Source of the DNA: Nemertoderma westbladi | Lineage: Eukaryota; Animalia; Xenacoelomorpha | Length of the DNA: 64,000 nt | Reading direction: 5' to 3' | Assembly (NCBI GenBank): GCA_032718475.1 | Contig: JAUCBJ010006658.1 | Span: forward strand, 21,738 to 85,737 | Shown: in pieces, positions 49,533 through 59,785 of the stretch | Numbering within the stretch: position 1 is the first letter of the stretch | Layout: the number at the start of each line of letters is the position of its first letter | The notes under the pieces: generated by a model | Told to the model about the DNA's origin: nothing | Seen by the model: the letters and a program-made list of their open reading frames with translations, nothing else | The model's database searches: none | Program-made: the position numbers and the translations under genes

Positions 49533-52040
49533 TTAACATGGGTGTTTAGGTAGCCTTGGTGACGGAATTCTTTGACAATAACCGCACTTAAGTTTCATAT
49601 CTTTATGTATAGAGTCGACATTTCGTTTTAGTTTGGCTTTTGTAGCAAATGATTTTCCACAATCAGAACAGTTGTACTTGATATCTTTATGAAAGTAGTT
49701 CACATGGGTGTTTAGACTCCTTTGTTGACAGAATTCTTTATTACAATAACCGCACTTATGTTTGATATCTTTATGTATTGAGTCGACATGTCGTTTTAGT
49801 TCGGCTTTTGTAGCAAATGATTTTCCACAATCAGAACAGTTGTACTTGATATCTTTATGAAAGTAGTTCACATGGGTGTTTAGACTCCTTTGTTGACAGA
49901 ATTCTTTATTACAATAACCGCACTTATATTTGATATCTTTATGTATTGAGTCGACATGTCGTTTTAGTTCGGCTTTTGTAGCAAATGATTTTCCACAATC
50001 AGAACAGTTGTACTTGATATCTTTATGAAAGTAGTTCACATGGGTGTTTAGACTCCTTTGTCGACAGAATTCTTTATTACAATAACCGCACTTATATTTG
50101 ATATCTTTATGTATAGAGTCGACATGTCGTTTTAGTTCGCCTTTGTAACAGAATTCTTTATTACAATAACCGCACTTATATTTGATATCTTTATGTATTG
50201 AGTCGACATGTAGTTTTAGTACGGCTTTTGTAGCAAATGATTTTCCACAATCAGAACAGTTGTACTTGATATCTTTATGAAAGTAGTTCACATGGGAGTT
50301 TAGATTCCCTTGCTGACTGAATTCTTTATGACAATAACCGCACTTATATTTGATATCTTTATGTCGTATAGAGTGTATACAGTCGATATGTTGTTTTAGT
50401 TCGGCTTTTGTAGCAAATGATTTTCCACAATCGAAACAGTTGTACTTGATGAAACCTTTGTGGACAAAGTTAACGTGGGTGTTTAGACTCCTTTGCAGGC
50501 TGAATTCTTTATTACAATAATCGCACTTATGTTTGATATCTTTATGTATTGAGTCGACATGTCGTTTTAGTTTGGCTTTTGTAGCAAATGATTTTCCACA
50601 ATCAGAATAGTTGTACTTGATATCTTTATGAAAGTAGTTCACATGGGAGTTTAGATTCCCTTGCTGACTGAATTCTTTATGACAATAACCGCACTTATAT
50701 TTGATATCTTTATGTCGTATAGAGTGTATACAGTCGATATGTTGTTTTAGTTCGGCTTTTGTAGCAAATGATTTTCCACAATCGAAACAGTTGTACTTGA
50801 TGATACCTTTGTGGGCAAAGTTAACGTGGGTGTTTAGACTCCTTTGCAGGCTGAATTCTTTATTACAATAACCGCACTTATGTTTGATATGTTTATGTAT
50901 AGAGTCGACATGTTCTTTTAGTACGTCTTTTCTAGAAAATGATTTTCCACAATCAAAACAGTTGTACTTGATATCTTTATGAAAGTAGTTCACATGGGTG
51001 TTTAGATTCCTTTGTTGGCTGAATTCTTTAGGACAATAACCGCACTTATATTTGATATCTTTATGTCGTATAGAGTGTATAGAGTCGACATGTCGTTTTA
51101 GTTCGGCTTTTGTAGCAAATGATTTTCCACAATCGAAGCAGTTGTACTTGATGAAACCTTTGTGGACAAAGTTAACGTGGGTGTTTAGACTCCTTTGCAG
51201 GCTGAATTCTTTATTACAATAATCGCACTTATGTTTGATATCTTTATGTATTGAGTCGACATGTCGTTTTAGTTTGGCTTTTGTAGCAAATGATTTTCCA
51301 CAATCAGAATAGTTGTACTTGATATCTTTATGAAAGTAGTTCACATGGGTGTTCAGATTAATTTGCACGCAGAATTCTTTATTACAATAGCTGCAATTAT
51401 ATTTTATACCTTTATGGATAGAGTTAACATGCTTATTTACACCAAGCTTACATTTAAACTGTTTCTCACAATACTCGCATTTATACTTATTCTTGATGTC
51501 TTTATGAAGGGATTCTATATGTCTCTCTAAATTTCCTTTGTTATTAAATAATTCATTGCAATGCAAACAGGAACTGGTATCTGAAGAAGATACCAACTCC
51601 CCAACCGTTTCATTAGAACTACCTGACTCTGTTGTTGCACAACTGATTGTCGGTTCTGTACATTCAGTTCCAATAGGCCTACCATAAGAACACTCTGGGC
51701 TGTCGTTTTCCCGTTTTTCAACAATAAAAGAATCTCCAGATGGTTCATAAGAAATATCTTCGTCATCTAGTAAAGGGACAACATCTACTCTACCGAACAA
51801 ATTGTTGTGATCTTCGATGGGAGATGATCCATATACGCAGTTCTCTTGTTTAACATCAAGAGAATAGGGGGTGGAGTCTGTTGGTTCTTTCTTTATAATT
51901 ATACAGTCTGTTGGTTCTCTCTTTATAATTATAAAGTCTGCTGGTTCTTTGTTTAGGATTATATAGTCGGTTGGTTCGCTCTTTATAATTATACCGGCAC
52001 CAGATGATTTCTCTTTCAATAAATTAGTATGTTGATCCAT
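49533..52040 (-). CDS. C2H2 zinc-finger protein, about 23 fingers, paralog of 7571-8905
   Basis: 835-aa open frame with a near-identical N-terminus and alternating CGYC/CxDC fingers. Two fingers have C>Y and one has H>N. Confidence 0.88.
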   Translation of the reverse strand: MDQHTNLLKEKSSGAGIIIKSEPTDYIILNKEPADFIIIKREPTDCIIIKKEPTDSTPYSLDVKQENCVYGSSPIEDHNNLFGRVDVVPLLDDEDISYEPSGDSFIVEKRENDSPECSYGRPIGTECTEPTISCATTESGSSNETVGELVSSSDTSSCLHCNELFNNKGNLERHIESLHKDIKNKYKCEYCEKQFKCKLGVNKHVNSIHKGIKYNCSYCNKEFCVQINLNTHVNYFHKDIKYNYSDCGKSFATKAKLKRHVDSIHKDIKHKCDYCNKEFSLQRSLNTHVNFVHKGFIKYNCFDCGKSFATKAELKRHVDSIHSIRHKDIKYKCGYCPKEFSQQRNLNTHVNYFHKDIKYNCFDCGKSFSRKDVLKEHVDSIHKHIKHKCGYCNKEFSLQRSLNTHVNFAHKGIIKYNCFDCGKSFATKAELKQHIDCIHSIRHKDIKYKCGYCHKEFSQQGNLNSHVNYFHKDIKYNYSDCGKSFATKAKLKRHVDSIHKDIKHKCDYCNKEFSLQRSLNTHVNFVHKGFIKYNCFDCGKSFATKAELKQHIDCIHSIRHKDIKYKCGYCHKEFSQQGNLNSHVNYFHKDIKYNCSDCGKSFATKAVLKLHVDSIHKDIKYKCGYCNKEFCYKGELKRHVDSIHKDIKYKCGYCNKEFCRQRSLNTHVNYFHKDIKYNCSDCGKSFATKAELKRHVDSIHKDIKYKCGYCNKEFCQQRSLNTHVNYFHKDIKYNCSDCGKSFATKAELKRHVDSIHKDIKHKCGYCNKEFCQQRSLNTHVNYFHKDIKYNCSDCGKSFATKAKLKRNVDSIHKDMKLKCGYCQRIPSPRLPKHPC

Positions 52041-54635
52041 TATGAAATCTTAATTAAGTATTAATCGATAAATTAAATACAGGTGGCAGTAGTTTAATGT
52101 ATATCACGCTCTTCTCTATTATAAATTTCAATAAATAATCTCAATATCAACCAGCAGAACACAGAAAGTTCCACTCCTAAGTCCTAACCTGACTGCCTGA
52201 AGACGACTAATTAACATATGGCAGTATGGTGTAGTGATGTCGGCCACAAGCCTGTATGTCTGTAGGGCTCTATGTAGGTGTAGTTTAAGAACTTCTAAGA
52301 AAAACTATTGTCAATACCGGTACGCGCTATAACTGTATAAAGTGCCATAAGAGCACTTGTGGCCGTAACGATTGTGACACAAACCTTAGGAATCGTTATT
52401 ACTGTATTATACAGTATAAATTAATTTGTATCATTTATGACACCGGTAGGATGTAATTATAATTATACTGTAATCAGGTAATGTACACATAATAACAATA
52501 ACCAAAATATCAGCTTACAGTACTACATCAGTACATAGAACAGTAGAACGTATGGCTGCTTACATATAATCTACAAAATTTGAAAATTATGTTTATTTAC
52601 TCTTGCAATTCTCATTTTAGCACCAAAAATGTTAGGTGTGTTCAACTGCGGAATTAAGCCTTCCATTGAAATCGGCGTACCAAAAAACCTTTATGTAATT
52701 GAAATAAACACCATTCCTACAATTCTTGTTGTTTTCACTAATTTGAAAAATGCTGGTTACTTGCACTTTTCATTTTAGCACTAAAAATGGTAGATGTGTT
52801 CAATTGCGGAATGTAAAAAGCCTTCCATTAAAATCAGCATAAAAGAAAACCTGCCTGAAATCGATATCAATACTTAACCCTAATACCTTACCATTTTTTG
52901 AAATTCAGATTTACGTGAAAATCGATATTGTCACAACCGTCAGACCGTTACGAAACTATGTCACGACCGTTCGCTACGCTGGTTAATTGATTGCCACATT
53001 CTCTAATATTATTATATTGCCATACTGTTAATTTCATTTGAAACTCTATCTATTAAAATGTTAGTCTGACATAAGTCAGTAAGTAACGGCAAATAAGTAC
53101 ATTAAATTCGATAGAAATTTATAATGTGTAGGAGAGTCTCTAAAAAGCTTGTCCATTTCAGGCACGACCGTTACGCCAACTTTAAACCGGAATAAAATCA
53201 ATAAAACGTAATGTATTCCAGAGCGGTTTCGATTTTATATAATATATAGTAATAATATAGTAATATATTTTCAATAACAACTTTCAATAATATACTTTCA
53301 ATAAATTATAAATTATTTTCAATTACGTCCATTGCTGCATTGACCAAATTACAGCAAATGAAAATTTATAGAACTCTCCCCATATCAAAATATCAAATTG
53401 TTGTAAAAAAAATTTTGCCCCCAGTCACGGCCCCCAGTTAACTCGATGGCATGGCCTTGTATACCTGTATGGAATCCATCCAAAAAGTGCGCCGGATAGC
53501 GCGCCGACCATTATGCGCGCCGATGCAATTTCGAAGCAAACCCCGCCCCTACGAAATTTTTAAGCGTGCCGCACATACAAACAATTTTGAAGAGCGCCGC
53601 GCCAATCAGCCAATGCAATTTAAATTTTGAAGGAGTGAAACCAGTCTGCCAATGTCAGTACTGCACTGCAGCTGTACCTATATCCCTGTACAGCAGTACC
53701 ATACAACCATACAGCAGAAAAAATTTCGGCCGAGCGAAGCGAGCCAAAACTTTTAAACAGCTAAATGCAATTTTTAAGGCACTTCCGTAATTGTTAAACC
53801 AATAAATCAGCGCCGGTTTTAATCAGCGCCGGCTACAGCCACTCCCTCTGCCCTCTCTGCTCTGAACTTCTGGCTGCAGCCACAGCAACCAGTGCCCTTG
53901 GTGATTGACTGCTCTGCTCTAAGTGCTAAGGGAAGTAACACTTATAATTCTTGTAATACTGCCCAATCTGCGCAATCGAATGATTAAATCGCAGGCACCG
54001 CTGTTGCCTCTGCGCTGCGCTGGACCTTGGCACCCACTACTGCACTATGTATTATGTTACTTATGTACAGTGGGTACTATACATACAAAATGTAAACTAT
54101 TATCAAAATTAGGCCTATTAATCAATTCATAAAAAATGCGAATAATTATGTAATTGTTAATTAATGAACTAAGAAATTGCAATTGCCGCATTGCCAGTCG
54201 TTTATAAACAAATGAAAGTAATATAAGACTATTTTAACTTCTGAGTGACCATTTATGAATTAGGACAATTAAATATGAATACACATAGATATAAATACAA
54301 CAAATAACCGATTTCGTAATTTAGCCAATTTCCCTGCAAATAGGTATGACCTGCTGCCTCCAATATTGGATTGTGGTGTAGAATATCCAGTAAGCCAGGT
54401 AAATCAGAGCTGCTGTATCTCCCTTGCCCGTAGGAAAGAACACCTGGCCAATCACTACTCTTGACTGTTATTAAGCTAGTATGCAGGCAGCCTAAGATAT
54501 TTCACTGACATTCCAATAATTTATAATCTTCTCAATTTGACAGATAAACTATAAGGCATTTATTGTACTGTCCCAACACCCAATGATGTGGAGTAATCCT
54601 TCCCAATAAATTGCTTTAGTTCACCAAAGCTGTAT

Positions 54636-56592
54636 TAATCTAAGTACACCATTTAAGAAACTACAACTACCATTTCTTAATACTATAAGAACAAACGCAT
54701 ACTTAATAAATCCCAGAACACATAATATTAAAATACCTACTACTAGGAACAACTACGGATTTAAAAGTTTAACTGTCAGTGCTACAAAAATCTGGAACGC
54801 ATCTCTTATTACTCTAAAACAAATAGGAAAACTAAAAACTTACAAGGATAGCATTAAAAATCACTATTATACAATATATGACCGTGACTCCATAACATAG
54901 CAACAAGTAACTTACACAACTTAGAATATACTGTTATAAAGTAAACAATTAATGTGTGTACGTATACGTGGGTGGTGTGGTATGTGTGAAATAATGGTGT
55001 TTGTAATTGTAAGCGCAGCGGCGCGTTCCCTGGCGCTCAATACGGGTTCAGGAAGTCGCGATCTACGATAGACGCCGTTAGATGTTTATATAACCGTATT
55101 AACATCGCTATACAACCAGCAGGCGGGCACGTTTATTGCGTCTTTGTAGACTTCCGGAAATGTTTTGACTCAATAAACCGCGAGATACTCTGCATGAAAC
55201 TATCGAATGTGGGATTGAGCCGAAAGTTTATCAGCGCGATTTGGGCCTTGATCTCGATAAACTTCGTGTGCATCTGCGTCGAGTGCACGTGTTGGAACCG
55301 ATCGCTCAAACGGTTGGAGTAGTCCAAACTCACCCCACTATTATTTAGTCTCTTCATGGCAGACCTTCCCGCATACATTGTGTTCGCTACTATCTGGGTG
55401 ATAATGTACGCCGACGACCTAGTAATTGTCGGAGACTCGATCGCAGACGTACAATCTACTGTAGTTTGAATAAACTCGCTGATTATTGTAAACTTAACAA
55501 ACTCGAAGTCAATATCACAAAGACTAAAGCCGTTAAGTTTCGCTGTGGAGGTAGATTGGCACGCACTGATGTTCTGGAATACAACGGGCAAGTATTGGAA
55601 TTCCAGAACTGTTTTCAATACTTAGGAGTAATCCTATCAACCAAAAATGGGGCTAGCGGGCATTAAGGTCACATGTATTCTAAAGGCATATCAAGTTGTG
55701 TATTAATCGCTACAAAAGTTAATCTTCGTATAGTATCCCAACAATCGGCACAACGTTTATGGCAATCAATCGTCCTTCCATCGACAACATACGGGTGCAG
55801 TATTTTCACGAGTAGCGACATTACACAACTGGACCACGTGCAACGGGTGCGAGCGTTCCACTGGAAGTTATGGTGCGGAATCAGCAAGTTTGCCTCGTCT
55901 ACTGCAATCCTCCACGCCATTGACCATCCAGACGCGTCCGACATAGACGTTACTGGACTCTCCGGTTTACGCCGCCGCTATGCCGCACAGCTGATATCAA
56001 ATGGATACAACCACCGCATGCACCCAATCCCAGTTGTTGGAGGCCAGCTGATTGCTGTGAATGCTGGATGTGTGGTTGCTCAGCGACCACCAAACAACAT
56101 TACCTGGAATGCCAGGCTATCCCCCTTTGCAGATCCCGCCTACGAACAGCAATCTGGCTGATGACCACTGATCGACCCCAAATGCGCAGTTAATACGTCA
56201 AATTTTAATCATTACGGAATATCCTTTTTTACATAAGTTACGGAACTAATTAAATTTTATCTAATTATATGGTCACATTATTGTTTTAATTTAATTTTAA
56301 CTAGTATCTCAGTTGTTCCATATGTATGGATTATAAATATTAACAATCAAATTGTAAGTATGGGGTGTGTGTGTGTCTACGCGCCAATGTATTGGGTATG
56401 TATGTATAACATCAATATGACTCCAGTGGATACACAGTAATGTAATTAGTGTAGGTCAAGGATTTGTCTGCCATACATGACGCTTATTCCCATAAATTAT
56501 CAGCCAGGGCCACCCTCCATGCTGCCTTCAATTATTTTACATATTTGAAGTTTTGGGAATAAAATAATTTATTATTATTATTATTATTATTA
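54636..56592 (+). mobile_element. CR1/L2 LINE 3' end (paralog of 12869-13480), interrupted by another LINE
   Basis: Near-identical sequence and (TTA)n tail. Confidence 0.8.
55014..56349 (+). mobile_element. 5'-truncated, deleted LINE RT fragment
   Basis: QYGFR..RST, FVDFRKCFDSI, PLLFSLF, YADD and FQYLG motifs. 9-bp TSD AATTGTAAG (55005-55013 and 56350-56358). Absent in unit 1. Confidence 0.85.
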
Positions 56593-58486
56593 GACAGATA
56601 CCGTAGACTGATAGAGGCGTGTAGTGTGTAGCTGTCGTGCTGTATATGCCTAGGGTTAGTGTAGTAGAGCAGAGGTAAAGTACAGAAATAGCGTTAGGTC
56701 CAAATCGGTACCCTGCAGACATTTTACGTTAATTACGCTAATCTAACGTTAGACTTTAGTCTGTTTTAGGTTAGAAAAATAAAGTTATAAAAATAACTTA
56801 AGAACAAACGTTTTCTAACTTCTTATAATCGTTTACAAACTACAGTACATGTTTATAATCAACTAAACCCAAACGTTAAACTGAGGTTGAATTTTAACAT
56901 CAATTTTTAACGTTATTTTGAAACGTCTGATATTGGTTAAATTTAATCATGTACAAAAATGACTAAACCCAAACGTTAAATAAATGTTGAATTTTAACAT
57001 ACAGTAGATTTGTAACGTTATTTTGTAACGTCTACATTGGTAAAATTCAATCATGTACATAAATCACTAAACCCAAACGTAAAAATTACGTTGGATTTTA
57101 ACATAGATTTTAACGTTATTTTGAAACGTCTGACATTGGTTAAATAGAAACATTCTTGTATAGAAAATTTTAATGTACAGTAATTTAGTCACGTTAATAT
57201 TTATTACACCAGGTCCCCCGGAATATACAGTAGTGTTGTAATTCAGTGTCATGCAACTATCACTGTAAAAGCTTTTGTGGGATAACTGATTCGTTTGCCT
57301 TGTTGGCCAGTTCCCCCCCAGTCGCTAAGAATACTCTCAAAGTGATCTACAGCTAAAAATAGTGCAAGTTACCAGCTTATTGGCTGATTTGCTGTACGCA
57401 GGCATCTGGGCTCTGTTTAATCGGCCAACAAGCCTAGGGAGGTTGCGTCATAGCCTTGTTTTGTATCTCCCAATAGAATTTGAGTTATCCTTGATGTTGA
57501 CCTATCACAGAGTACTGAACTGAAAATTTCCTATCTCACTGCTCTTTCTCTGTGTTGAACGGGAGCTTCGTGGAATAAGGGAGTTGGTATCCTCGTATAG
57601 AGCAGTAGTCACGAGTTTTTCAAAGCCAAGAAAGAACGGCTTTGTAGTGTTTTATGCTTTCTGCTTTTTAGCTCAACACTAGGAGGTTTAATTATAAGGA
57701 CATATATCCTTTATCTGACTGATGATCAAACAAAACTGACCTGGCGGCTGACCAAACGCACCTGATGACTGATTGATTGTCTTAACTCAAAACAACTGGC
57801 CCGATTGATCTGTCAATACTGTACTGCTATTTGTTATCGGTTATTCATTATATTTGTTGATGAATTATTATATTGGAATAACGAGAAATAACCCCGACAC
57901 CCAATATTCTTGATATACCGAAGGTAAGAGAGAAAGGTTACCAATAACGATTGTGACTTATGTTAAAGTGGTTTGAAGTGAATCTAATGTTATTTGATAG
58001 ACCCTACATGAGTCAGCCTGTGTTCCTTTTATATGTGACTAAAATCAGTAAAGATTGGCAGATTAGTGTGCAGTATTGTGCAGCATTGTGTGCGAGTGAG
58101 TCTGTTAAAGAAACATTTCCTAAAGAATGTGCCATATATGTGAAATATAATTAAACCATATCGTTGTGAGTAGTTTAAGTCATAACTCTGTTTATATAGA
58201 TAAAGCGCCACGTCCTAAAGGAACTGTTAATATTCCCGAAGGTGAATAATATTGTCAGAGATTATATAATACTGTCAGTCGAATAATACATTAGGCTTAC
58301 ATAGCAACAAAATTAAACCGTCGAACCCAATCTCCCGGGAATATCCAGCGGGTGAATGGTCGCGCACGGATTGGTTTCGACTAGTGTAGTGAATGAAATA
58401 CTTGTCATAGGCTAAAAAGCGATTTAATATCTAGAAGACATCTTAATTTGGCGGGTTAAACTGCCAAAGGTCTAAAAGCGCGAACA

Positions 58487-58497
58487 TTAAAGGATAT
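58487..58497 (+). promoter_or_regulatory. Non-tRNA primer-binding site candidate of element 2 (TTAAAGGATAT)
   Basis: Directly follows the LTR CA. 10/11 complementary to ATATCCTTTAT at 57704-57714. Confidence 0.65.
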
Positions 58498-59785
58498 TGC
58501 TTCTTTGTTGCAGTAAGCAATAAAGTTGAAAGTACCGGTCAACCGGTAAACCTGAACCGGTACATTCTGTAGGTCAGTAGGCCTAACTGTCCCAACCGGT
58601 ACTTCCGTATAAGTACACTAGTATTATTCGATTTGATTGTTGTATACCAAGATCAAGTATATTTAACTACTGATTATCTGTTGTACAAGTACTCGTACCT
58701 AATTTAGGGTTTAGTGTACAGTACTTTCCGAAGTAATTATTGTAGACATTATATTTGTGTTGTAAAGTGGTTGATAGGCACATTCGATTAGCTCTATTAA
58801 CTTCTAGGTAGGAACACTCCGTGATACATAACGTAGAACCTATAGCGATACGGCTATAGGTCGTCAGGCGGTGGTATTTTCCTATCTAGACAACGCAGTG
58901 TATTTACTACTACTTATTATTTCAAATACCGTAGTACCCTGTCCGTTGTAATAACCGGTTTTCTAACCCTTTGTTAGGCTGGTTTGTAGACTTCTTGTAA
59001 AAATACCCTAAAAATTCGTATTTGTGTTTTTGTAAATTTTTTGTGTTTATTTAGAGATTGTAATTTCACCCGAATTGTACGTAATTTGTAGTATTAAGTA
59101 ACTTAGGTAAATTAGTATTATTTGTTTTAGTGTCCTATACGTAACACTTCACTGAAAGCGCACCGCTTTGTGTAGTGATTACTCCCCAGAAATAATAACA
59201 TTTATTTCAAACATAGACAAAACCCATTAAAACGGGTATATATATTATAAATCAAATCTAACGATTTATAAATAGTAGGCCTACCATACAACCACTAGGT
59301 CTCCATATCAGTTGGACTACTGCTCAAATAACGGTAATAAAGTAAGTAAAGTAACAAAGTAACCCTAAAGTAACAGAAATTCAATTATTTGAAATAATTG
59401 ATATACCGGTATTTACGATAGGCCTATTATCTTTATTTCTATAAATCTAGGCTGAAATTATACCGGCACTTGTAATTAATTCTATTTCAGAATTATATAT
59501 CCTACAAACTGTAAGCTGTATACCGGTATTCCAGATAGGCCTATTATATATTTGTATATATTTGTGTTAAAATTATACCGGTATTCGGAGATAAACCTAG
59601 TCTGTAATAATACTTATATAGTTATATATACTATAAGTATACCGGTATTCTAATATATTATATATATATCACGCTACATTGAGTAGCAGTACCGGTAATT
59701 AATTATTAGGCTAACAGTTAATACTGAGTTACTAGACTTGCTCAGACTGTAATACAGCAGTAGACATTCAACGGTAAACATAGTC

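Larger units (their letters stand above)
45874..57263 (+). repeat. Segmental duplication unit 2, right arm (paralog of 5032-14147)
   Basis: Colinear near-identity including the zinc-finger gene. Differs by the listed insertions, a ~1-kb deletion at about 52130 and a non-homologous block about 53242-54635. Confidence 0.92.
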
